A DNA stretch of 64,000 bases, from positions 163,378 to 227,377 of the forward strand of contig JAOSJK010000001.1 of NCBI GenBank assembly GCA_027494135.1, in the 5' to 3' direction. This stretch comes from Acidimicrobiia bacterium (GTDB taxonomy: Bacteria; Actinomycetota; Acidimicrobiia; IMCC26256; PALSA-610). The first letter of the stretch is position 1. Every line of letters begins with the position of its first letter. The notes under the pieces are model-generated. The model was not told the DNA's origin and ran no database searches. It was given only the letters and a program-made list of their open reading frames with translations. Shown here one piece after another: positions 1-7,564 of this stretch. The translations under genes and the position numbers were made by a program.

Positions 1-91
1 GCGGTGCTGGTGAAGACGTTCATCGTCAAGACGGCGCGGGTCTGTCCCGCCAAGCACTCGAGAGCTGCGAGACGTTGGGGGAGGCGTACGA

Positions 92-719
92 GTGGTGGCG
101 CGTCGGCGTGAGGGGACCGAGATCACCCGCGATGTGCGCTCGCCTCCCGAGGATGCCGATCGCGAGAGCCCGGTGTGGTTGCGGCCGGTGCGTTCGGGCG
201 ACATCGGGGCGATGTACGAGGCGTCGCAGTCGCCGCGTTCGGCGTTCCGGTGGCGGTTCCGGGGCCCGTTCCCGTCGCCGGGACAGTTCTCCGGAGCTGG
301 CGTTTCGGGGCGTGTTGGTGCAGCTCGTCGTGGAGGACAAGGCGACGCGGAGCGCACACGGCGTGGTGATCGCCTACGACCACATGCCCGAGCACGGCGT
401 CTGCTTCCTGGCGTTCCAGCGCTTCGGAGCGTCGCGCGACGGCGGCGAGATGTTCCTGGGCATGTTCCACTTCGTTGAGTACCTGTTCCAACGGTGGACG
501 TTACGCAAGCTCTACGTGGACCTGCCCGAGTACAACGCGGATCTGATCGGCGACGGCCTGGGCGTGATCACGGAGGAGGGCCGACTGCGCGAGTTCAGCT
601 ACTACGACGGCCGCTACTGGGACCGGATCTTCTACGCGATCGACCGAGACCTCTGGGAGCACAAGGCACAGGTGTGGCACCTCTACCTGACCGACGGGCT
701 CGCCCCCGACGTGCGCTGA
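92..719 (+). pseudogene. GNAT family N-acetyltransferase (RimJ/RimL-like), frame broken once
   Basis: The N-terminal part is in the frame of ORF 92..478 (VWLRPVRSGDIGAMYEASQSPRSAFRWRFRGPFPSPGQF). It continues in the frame of ORF 75..719 (ELAFRGVLVQLVVEDKATRSAHGVVIAYDH...GRYWDRIFYAIDRDLW). The switch is near 285-300. Start codon uncertain. Confidence 0.6.
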
Positions 720-1086
720 ATCAGACGCCCCAGTCTCGACGCACATCCCGGTGGCCGGCTCATCGAAGCCCCCGTCCGCCAGTGCCAGGAAGCCAGCGCG
801 TACCGCCCGCGCCCGACAAACCCCCTGCCGGCGCGCACGTCTTGAGCATCTGTTCGGCGTCGGAGGGCCGAGGTAGCGAATCCCCTCTGGCGAATCGCCC
901 CACGGGCGGAGGTCGCCTAGCGCTCGTTTCGGAGGTCCGGACGAGGCTTCGGCACCGACATGCCGCGCTCGCGCCGTATTCCTCATCGAGCCAGACGCGC
1001 GAGCCTGAACGATGCCGCCAGACCGCTGCCGATCACAAGTACCGCAGCCACGTCGGCGTTCAGCAACTGCATCTCGCAGCCGGCAT

Positions 1087-1608
1087 CTAGCGCAACGAAT
1101 GAATGGTGGACCGATCGAGAACGGCTACCCCCTTTGGCAGTACACCCCTACGCTCCTGTGAGCGGGTGGGGGAGTCAGGCTTCGGGCCAGCAACAGTGAC
1201 CGGACCGTTGGCGTAGCACTCGCCTTCTCCGTACTGGTAACCCGGGCTGTGTCCGACGAACTCATAGACGCCTGGAGCAAGACGGAATGAGAACTTGCCG
1301 TCGGAGCCGACGGGGACATTGAAACGCTGGCCCGATGGGGCAACCGCTGTCACCGTGCCGCCAACGGGCGATCGGAGCGGTCTAGGGCCTCCAACCATTT
1401 GCAGTGTTCCGTGCACGACAACTCGATCGGGCGAGCCGTTGTGTGAAGAGGAGTCTGTCGATGTCGTCGTGGTGCGGTTCACTTCGGCACGGTCCGAGGA
1501 CTTGCTGGACGTTGAGCAGGCTCCGAGGCCAAGTGCCACGGCCAGGAATCCAACGCGAAATCGGGGCATCGGCAATAGGACGCCGACACGACGGCCTTGG
1601 GTTCCCAC
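1087..1608 (-). CDS. putative lipoprotein with carboxypeptidase-regulatory-like beta-sandwich domain
   Basis: ORF 1087..1608. MPRFRVGFLAVALGLGAC is a signal peptide plus lipobox, so the internal ATG at 1569 is the likelier start. SDGKFSFRLAPGVYEF resembles CarboxypepD_reg-type repeats. Confidence 0.55.
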   Translation of the reverse strand: MGTQGRRVGVLLPMPRFRVGFLAVALGLGACSTSSKSSDRAEVNRTTTTSTDSSSHNGSPDRVVVHGTLQMVGGPRPLRSPVGGTVTAVAPSGQRFNVPVGSDGKFSFRLAPGVYEFVGHSPGYQYGEGECYANGPVTVAGPKPDSPTRSQERRGVLPKGVAVLDRSTIHSLR

Positions 1609-2067
1609 GCGCTCACGATGCCCTGATCGCGCTCACTGCGCCAGGACACGCGAGCCTCGACAACCGCGTCGGACGGGTGCGTGCCTCGTAACACAGCACC
1701 CGCAGACTGCATCGCGGCACATCCCGGCGCCTTCGACACCGAACAGCGCGCGCATGGACTCCCATCAACCGACCCGTGTGCACCGAACGTCGCCTGGCAC
1801 TGACCCTCAACGGTGCAACCGGCCACCCTCAACGACAGCCCGACGGCCGGCCGTCGGCGACTCGAGCCCCCACCGGATCGGCACGTGCTCTGACCTGCCA
1901 CATTGAGGATCGCGTTGATGTTCGCGGTGAGGTTCAACCGGCGGATCTGGGGATGTGATGCAGACCCCAGCGGCACGCTGGCCGCCGGCGAGCTTGGTTC
2001 GGCGACGGAGCGGCGTAGGTGCCGCCAACGCGACCCGACCCCTGGGTCCTGTGATCGCCGTGTGTGC

Positions 2068-2823
2068 TCAGCGCCAGCCGAGCCGGCGGGCCTCTTGCTC
2101 GATGACGAGCCCGACGGCTCGTGCGACGCGGATGCCGAGGCGTCGGACCTCGCTCCGGAACGTGCTCCACACCTCGGCGTCGAGCACGGGCCGGACCTGC
2201 AGCGCCCGCAGGTCGTCCGTTGAGGTACCAGCACCGCGTTGATCGGCCTCCACGAACTGCGCGACGCCAACCTCAACGACTCTGGTCAACAGGGCACCGA
2301 GCGTGTCGCCGACCGAGCGGCGCCGACGGATCGCATCCGCCGACACGATCGTCCACGCCTCGGCATGCACCACCACCCGGACCGGAGCGCCACGGTGACG
2401 CTGCTGTGCATACAGCGTCCCCTCAACGCGACGTCGCTCACCATCGAGGGAGCGTTCTACGCGCCGCACACGCGCCTCGATTCGCCGCCGCGCCGAGCCG
2501 GCCCTCAGCTGCTCGTCGAAGACGCCCAGCGCAGCCTCCTCGAGCTCCAGGGCCCGCTGCCGCCGCACGCGTAGATCTGCGGCCCACGCTGCGAACTCGG
2601 CCGGGTTCGCGCTCGGCGACGGTGCCGGCGGGCACAGCTCCGCGAGCGCCGCCCGCAGCAGGACGAGCGCGTCGATCTCCACCGGCCTGCTCGTGCTACC
2701 AGTGCTTCCGCCGGTTCCGCTAGCGAAACCGGCAAGTCTGTGCCCGTCATTCAAAGTGGGATCCGCGCACTCGCGTTGAGGGCGGTCAGCCGGGTCGTCG
2801 GGGTCGGTTGTCGGAGTGTGCAT
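2068..2823 (-). CDS. hypothetical protein (cargo of integrative element), Arg/Glu-rich coiled-coil-like
   Basis: 251-aa ORF divergent from the excisionase/integrase genes. No family recognised. The coding call rests only on length and position. Confidence 0.35.
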   Translation of the reverse strand: MHTPTTDPDDPADRPQRECADPTLNDGHRLAGFASGTGGSTGSTSRPVEIDALVLLRAALAELCPPAPSPSANPAEFAAWAADLRVRRQRALELEEAALGVFDEQLRAGSARRRIEARVRRVERSLDGERRRVEGTLYAQQRHRGAPVRVVVHAEAWTIVSADAIRRRRSVGDTLGALLTRVVEVGVAQFVEADQRGAGTSTDDLRALQVRPVLDAEVWSTFRSEVRRLGIRVARAVGLVIEQEARRLGWR

Positions 2824-2907
2824 GTTCCAGATAAGCGCGTTGCAGACGGCGCGCGCGTCACAACATCAAGTACCGAGTCGCGTTTCGGCGGTCGGTCGCG
2901 CTTCTCC

Positions 2908-3135
2908 ATGGTCATGGGAACCACAAAGACCGCCAACAGCACGCAGCCCGGTACGAGCCGGCCACGACTGCTCGACATCTCACAGGTCGCCGAACGGCTC
3001 GGCGTCTCCGTGCGCCACGTCCGACGACTCGTGTTCGAGCACCGAATCCCCTACGTCAAGTGGGGCCATCTCCTGCGCTTCGACCCGACCCATATCGACG
3101 ACTGGATCGACGCCCACCGCACCCCGCCCGCGTGA
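2908..3135 (+). CDS. excisionase-family helix-turn-helix DNA-binding protein
   Basis: Internal ATG at 2908 of ORF 2740..3135. LLDISQVAERLGVSVRHVRRLVFEHRIPYVKWGHLLRFDPTHIDDWI is the typical Xis/MerR-like HTH_17 pattern. It lies immediately upstream of the integrase. Confidence 0.75.
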   Translation: MVMGTTKTANSTQPGTSRPRLLDISQVAERLGVSVRHVRRLVFEHRIPYVKWGHLLRFDPTHIDDWIDAHRTPPA

Positions 3136-3300
3136 GGCTCCGGTGACTCACTGGCCGCACCTGCGCTTCTACGCCGATCGCCGCGGACCGGTCCCGGCAC
3201 GCCGGGCTACCGTGCTCGGCGCAGTGGGAGTGGGCACTCGCCTCGCATTGTGCGTGGCACTTCCCCGAGCTCGCCCGCCCCTTGAATCCGAGGAGGCGTC

Positions 3301-4485
3301 ATGAGCTCGATCGACCCGACGAAACGATCCCCCGACGGGCGGCCGGTCCGTGACACGCGATGGCGCGCCCGCTGGCGTGACCTCGACGGGCAGCACCGTT
3401 CGAAGTGCTTTGATCGCAAGATCGACGCGCAGCGACACCTCGACACGGTCGGCACCGACATGGTCCGCGGCGAGTACACCGATCCGGCGCTGCGCCGAGC
3501 GCGGTTCGACCAGTGGGCGGAGACGTGGTGGAAGCTCAACGCCGATCGGTTCCGGGCGAGCACGCGCTCGACGTCTCGGCGGATCCTCGACGCCTACGTG
3601 ATTCCGCGATTCGGCCCACGCCGCGTCGGTGACATCGACCGCGCGGACGTAAAGGCGTGGGCGGTGGAGCAGCTCGAGGCGGGCGCCGCGCCACGAACGG
3701 TGCGGAATCGGGTTGCGATCGTGAAGTCGATCCTCGACGAGGCAATCGAAGGTCGAGCGATCCGCGACAACCCGGCTCAGGGGCTCCGCCTACCTCGGGG
3801 CCAGGTAGAGGAGCCGACGTTCCTCACCGCAACCCAGATCGAGGCGCTGGCCGACGCGATCGCCCCGCCGTACGGATTCCTGGTGCGTTTCACGGCATAC
3901 ACGGGGCTCCGGCCGGCCGAAGTCGCCGGGCTGCGACTCCGCCGCCTCGACCTGCTCACGCGCCGCGTCGAGGTGATCGAGACCCTCACCACGGTCGCCG
4001 GCAAGGTCGTTCCCGGCCCCACGAAGACCTTCGCGCGGCGCACCGTCGCGCTCCCCGCCTTTCTGGTCGACGACGCCACGCGCTACCTCGGAGCGCTCAC
4101 GAGTCACTCGGGTTCCGCGATCTCACCCGACGGCTATGTGTTCCGCTCCCCGACCGGCGGACCTCTGAACACCGACAACTGGCGGCGCCGGGTGATGATC
4201 CCCGCATTGGGCCGATCGAGCTTGCCGCTCGGGGTGCGCTTCTACGACCTGCGGCACAGCGCAGCCGCGCTCATGATCGCGGCCGGCGCGCACCCACGGC
4301 TCGTCATGGAGCGTCTCGGCCACGCCGACATCTCCACCACGATGAACGTCTACGGGCACGCGTGGCCGACGCTGCACGAGCAGGTCACCGACCGCCTCGA
4401 CGAGCTGCGCGAGGACGCCTTGCGGTCACCGTGGGCGCCTGCACCCGCGACAGTGATCTCGCACACCCGTCGCCGCTCCGCATGA
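3301..4485 (+). CDS. tyrosine-type site-specific integrase (phage integrase family)
   Basis: 394-aa ORF. N-terminal SAM-like domain, then the catalytic region ...TGLRPAEVAGLRL...YDLRHSAAALMIAAGAHPRLVMERLGHADISTTMNVYGH (R..H-x-x-R..Y signature). Confidence 0.9.
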   Translation: MSSIDPTKRSPDGRPVRDTRWRARWRDLDGQHRSKCFDRKIDAQRHLDTVGTDMVRGEYTDPALRRARFDQWAETWWKLNADRFRASTRSTSRRILDAYVIPRFGPRRVGDIDRADVKAWAVEQLEAGAAPRTVRNRVAIVKSILDEAIEGRAIRDNPAQGLRLPRGQVEEPTFLTATQIEALADAIAPPYGFLVRFTAYTGLRPAEVAGLRLRRLDLLTRRVEVIETLTTVAGKVVPGPTKTFARRTVALPAFLVDDATRYLGALTSHSGSAISPDGYVFRSPTGGPLNTDNWRRRVMIPALGRSSLPLGVRFYDLRHSAAALMIAAGAHPRLVMERLGHADISTTMNVYGHAWPTLHEQVTDRLDELREDALRSPWAPAPATVISHTRRRSA

Positions 4486-4577
4486 GCGGCCCGCAGGCAG
4501 GCCCGGGCCGTTTCCGCAGGCGGTCGGACAGAACGAGCCCGTTGACGCGTTCGCGTCAATGTAGCTACAATGACAGC

Positions 4578-4865
4578 ATGTCAGTAGCTACTACCGGCCG
4601 CGGCGTCGAAGTGGGCGTGCGCGAGCTGAAGAACAACCTCAGCCGCTACCTCGACCAGGTCCGCGACGGCGAAGACGTCATCGTCACCGATCGCGGGCAC
4701 CCCGTCGCACGCCTCACCGCCATCGACGATGCCACTAGCAACCTGGCGCGTCTCGTGGAAGCCGGCCTGGTCCGGGCTCCCACGACCCGCGCCCGACACC
4801 GACCGGCGCGACGAGCGAACGCCGGCGGCTCGGTGAGTGACCTGGTGGCCGAACAACGGCGATGA
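4578..4865 (+). CDS. type II antitoxin, Phd/YefM (prevent-host-death) family
   Basis: ATG at 4578 within long shadow ORF 3657..4865. VGVRELKNNLSRYLDQVRDGEDVIVTDRGHPVARL is the family signature. It overlaps the next gene by ATGA. Confidence 0.8.
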   Translation: MSVATTGRGVEVGVRELKNNLSRYLDQVRDGEDVIVTDRGHPVARLTAIDDATSNLARLVEAGLVRAPTTRARHRPARRANAGGSVSDLVAEQRR

Positions 4866-5314
4866 TCACCTACGTCGACACGTCGATGGTGATCAAGCTC
4901 CTAGTCGAAGAACCCGGCTCCGATCACGCGGGTCGCATCTGGGACGAGGCCGACGGCCTCGTCGCCGCCCGCCTCCTCTACGTCGAGGCGCGATCGGCCC
5001 TGGCAGCAGCGAAGCGAGGAGGCCGACTCTCCGCCGCGCAACATCGCCGAACGAAGGCAGACCTAGAGGATCTCTGGGCCCAGCTGGCGATCGTCGAGAT
5101 CACCACCGAGCTCGTCGCCGACGCCGCCGACCTGAGCGAGCACGACCGCCTGCGCGGCTACGACGCGGTCCACCTCGCCGCGGCGCTGCTCGCCGGCGCG
5201 CACGTCTTCGCAACCGCCGATCAAGACCTCGCCACCGCGGCCGGCCGCCACGGCATGCACGTCGCCAACCCGAGCGATCTCCCGGCCGAAGCGGGCCCCG
5301 GACCGAGCTCGTGA
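4862..5314 (+). CDS. vapC: PIN-domain toxin VapC
   Basis: MITYVDTSMVIKLLVEEPGS...YDAVHLAAALLAGAHVFATADQDL carries the PIN acidic residues. It is translationally coupled to the antitoxin. Confidence 0.85.
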   Translation: MITYVDTSMVIKLLVEEPGSDHAGRIWDEADGLVAARLLYVEARSALAAAKRGGRLSAAQHRRTKADLEDLWAQLAIVEITTELVADAADLSEHDRLRGYDAVHLAAALLAGAHVFATADQDLATAAGRHGMHVANPSDLPAEAGPGPSS

Positions 5315-5454
5315 TCGGCGCTCCTCGTGACACCAAAAAAACACGCTGACACAAGTTTGACGCGGAATTACGGCTTCTCGCGGCCTCTCGCGGACACTGC
5401 CGGATAGCCTCTGACCTGGGCTTTCATCGAAAATACCCGATCTCTCGGAAACGC

Positions 5455-5486
5455 AATTGAGGGTTCGAGTCCCTCCGCTCGCACCC
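5455..5486 (+). other. tRNA 3'-end fragment (T-arm plus acceptor strand); candidate att site of the integrase element
   Basis: GAGGG-TTCGAGT-CCCTC-CGCTCGC-A is a perfect T stem-loop followed by 7 nt of acceptor and a discriminator. No matching 5' acceptor, D-arm or anticodon arm can be folded from the upstream 60 nt. It is preceded by an unusually AT-rich stretch (5330-5450). Confidence 0.5.
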
Positions 5487-5580
5487 TCTCACACCCCACG
5501 ATCGGCCCGGATCGGCGACCATGTCGCGTCTGGCCACCGAATCGGTGGGTAGACGCGACATGAACGGGCCGACGGCCCGA
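5475..5580 (+). repeat. copy 1 of duplicated ~105-nt element with 12-bp inverted repeat (unknown cis-element/RNA)
   Basis: Aligns with 7351..7456. Arms are CATGTCGCGTCT (5520-5531) and AGACGCGACATG (5551-5562), separated by 19 nt that hold an inner CCACCG/CGGTGG stem. It lies 65 nt upstream of the membrane-protein ATG at 5628. Confidence 0.7.
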
Positions 5581-5627
5581 GGCCGCTATTGTTCGGTGCT
5601 GTTCCGCCTGCTTGGGGTGAGGCGACG

Positions 5628-6431
5628 ATGGGGATCGGTGAGACGATGTTCTTCGGCGGGTTCACGATTCTGGCGATGCTCTCCTCCGTGGTCGGGCTCG
5701 GAGTGCTCCTGCTCGCCGTCATAATCCTTGCCTCCGGCCGCGGCGATCCCGACCCGTCCGGCCGTCGGGGTCACGCCGTCTACATTGCAGCGGCCTCGTT
5801 CGTCGCCCTGTTCGCGCTGCTGTTCGCTTCCTTCGCCCTAGTCGCGTCGCTCTCCGGCCTCATCGTCGATGACGACTGCTCGGCCTTCCCGATCGGCGAG
5901 AGCACCACCGTCTTCCCAGGCCTCGAACCCGGTAGCAGCTTCGAGTTCGACACGATGGGCTTCGAGTCCGAAGAGATGCTCTGTCCCAGCCGCGGCAACG
6001 CCGTTGCCCGCGACTCGGTGCGCGCGGGTCTGGTGGCCGCGCTCGCTGCCGGGGTCCTCGGCTTCCACCTGAGACGTCGCCGCGAGATGCTCGACGAGCC
6101 CGGATTCGCAGGCAGCGCCGCCTGGCGCGTCGACCGGGCCTACCTCCAGACGGTCTGCTTCACGACGGTTCTCATCTTCCTGTTCGCCGGAGCCTCCGCC
6201 GCGTACGAGCTGTTCCGAGTCTCCGCCCCGGGCGTCACCGGGGAGTTCCTCTCCCGCCGGGCCGAACGGCAGAACGGCGCTTCCGGTGCCATCCCACTCG
6301 CCTATCTCACACTGGCGACCTGGTGGATCTTCCGCAGGCACTGGGTCCAGGCGCGTCCTGAGTCCGCAGCCTCGGAGACCTCGGAGACCTCGGAGATCGC
6401 CGACATGCCGGAAGCGCCGCCCGACCGCTGA
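5628..6431 (+). CDS. integral membrane protein, unknown function
   Basis: ATG 5628 is preceded by GAGG. There are several hydrophobic spans (FFGGFTILAMLSSVVGLGVLLLAVIIL, AVYIAAASFVALFALLFASFALVASL, VLIFLFAGASAAY, IPLAYLTLATWWIF) and an acidic SETSETSE tail. Confidence 0.6.
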   Translation: MGIGETMFFGGFTILAMLSSVVGLGVLLLAVIILASGRGDPDPSGRRGHAVYIAAASFVALFALLFASFALVASLSGLIVDDDCSAFPIGESTTVFPGLEPGSSFEFDTMGFESEEMLCPSRGNAVARDSVRAGLVAALAAGVLGFHLRRRREMLDEPGFAGSAAWRVDRAYLQTVCFTTVLIFLFAGASAAYELFRVSAPGVTGEFLSRRAERQNGASGAIPLAYLTLATWWIFRRHWVQARPESAASETSETSEIADMPEAPPDR

Positions 6432-6686
6432 CCCGTCGAGGCCGAGCTCCGCGCAGGACTGCACGTCGCCATCCGGTCGATCCCCGGATGGCTCGGGCCC
6501 GGACCGAGTCCGCGACAGGCGGTACCAGCGACACACGAGAGACCCGCCGCGACGCACCTGACGCGATGTCTCGACCACCGCCGGACCGCCTGGGATCCGG
6601 ACGGCTGCCGGCGAGCCGACGACTGCTGCCCGCACCTCCTCGTGCGGCGGCGAACGGCTATTGGGGCGGGGCGATCTCAGGTGCTA

Positions 6687-7343
6687 TCAGCCGAGGGGCG
6701 AGCTTGCCCCCGCAGGCCTCGCCAAGGAGCGAGCTTGCCCCCGCAGGCCTCGCCAAGGAGGTCGTCGGCTATCACAAGCTCCACCCATCCATCCGCGGCA
6801 AACGAGACCGCGTCGTAGTCCGGAGATCTCGTGCGCCGCGCGAAGTGCCGCCATCCCGTCGGTCACAGACTGCCTCGCTCTGACGAGGTGAGCTCGCAGC
6901 GGGTCCTGCGCGTAACCGATTGCACGATGGAGGTCACGATCGAAGGCCGCGAGGTTTCGCCGGTTGAGCACCTTGTAGCGGTCGAAATCACGCTCGGCAA
7001 CATCCCAGTCGAAGGTCGTTCGGGCGGTCGCCTCGCCCGTCGCGACGATCGAGCGATATGCCCTGCAAGCCGCCGGGCTCGGTGGCACCGTCGTCGCTGC
7101 TGTCGCGAGCTCCTCCTGCGTGGCTTGCAGGCGGAGATTGATGCCGTCCAACCCCTCTTCCAGGTCGTTCAGAGCAACGCCGAGGAAGAAGATGCCGAGA
7201 GCAACAGCCGCGGCGGCGCAGACCAGGAGCACGGAGACCACGGAGACCGCAACCACCAGGACTGTCCTCCCGGTGCCGCGGGGCCGGTCAACTCCCGGTC
7301 CGTCCACAATGTGAGCGTACGTCGGAGCCGCCTCCGGAATCAC
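6687..7343 (-). CDS. membrane-anchored hypothetical protein (single N-terminal TM helix)
   Basis: 218-aa ORF. TVLVVAVSVVSVLLVCAAAAVALGIFFLGV is a TM helix followed by a soluble domain. The 3' end runs through the 31-bp duplication, whose length is not a multiple of 3, so the true C-terminus is uncertain. Confidence 0.45.
   Translation of the reverse strand: MIPEAAPTYAHIVDGPGVDRPRGTGRTVLVVAVSVVSVLLVCAAAAVALGIFFLGVALNDLEEGLDGINLRLQATQEELATAATTVPPSPAACRAYRSIVATGEATARTTFDWDVAERDFDRYKVLNRRNLAAFDRDLHRAIGYAQDPLRAHLVRARQSVTDGMAALRAAHEISGLRRGLVCRGWMGGACDSRRPPWRGLRGQARSLARPAGASSPLG
6699..6760. repeat. perfect 31-bp tandem duplication (CGAGCTTGCCCCCGCAGGCCTCGCCAAGGAG x2)
   Basis: Read directly: 6699-6729 equals 6730-6760. 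Each unit holds a GGGGC-GAGCTT-GCCCC type hairpin. Confidence 0.9.
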
Positions 7344-7350
7344 GCGGCCG

Positions 7351-7456
7351 CCGCTCGCACCCCTTCACACCCCCGGCAACGTGCGGATCGCCGACCATGT
7401 CGCGCCTGACCACCGAAACAGTGGCCAGACGCGACATGAACGGCCCGACGGCACGA
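7351..7456 (+). repeat. copy 2 of duplicated ~105-nt element with inverted repeat
   Basis: Arms are CATGTCGCGCCT (7396-7407) and AGACGCGACATG (7427-7438), with the same 19-nt spacing as copy 1. It lies 126 nt upstream of ATG 7565. Confidence 0.7.
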
Positions 7457-7564
7457 AAGCACGACTTGCCCGCCGGCACCGGCGGCCCGGCGACCCACCC
7501 GGCGCGCTCCGCCGACTCCCCCAGATCGATCCCCGGCGCTGGTACCTTGCTGCCGGGAGACGGG

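Noticed and set aside
1479-2276. 265-aa minus-strand ORF with several Cys pairs, a possible secreted Cys-rich protein
   Set aside because: Third-position GC is visibly lower than in confident genes. It overlaps the lipoprotein gene start by about 90-130 nt, and no family was recognised. Evidence is insufficient to call it. It may be degraded element DNA.
3657-4865. 402-aa plus-strand ORF overlapping the integrase gene
   Set aside because: It is an Arg/Pro/Gly-rich out-of-frame shadow of the integrase CDS, typical of high-GC DNA. Only its last 95 codons (from ATG 4578) are a real gene, the Phd-type antitoxin.
5405-5488. Complete tRNA gene
   Set aside because: Only the T-arm and 3' acceptor strand can be formed. 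No complementary 5' acceptor strand (GCGAGCG or wobble variants) and no anticodon stem can be built from the upstream sequence.
5521-5724. 67-aa ORF MSRLATESVGRRDMNGPTARG... as a protein-coding gene
   Set aside because: Only the first 20 codons are shared with the second copy (7397...), and they coincide with a DNA palindrome. The remainder is Arg/Cys/Ser-rich and overlaps the membrane-protein gene out of frame. It is kept only as a possible leader peptide inside the duplicated-element finding.
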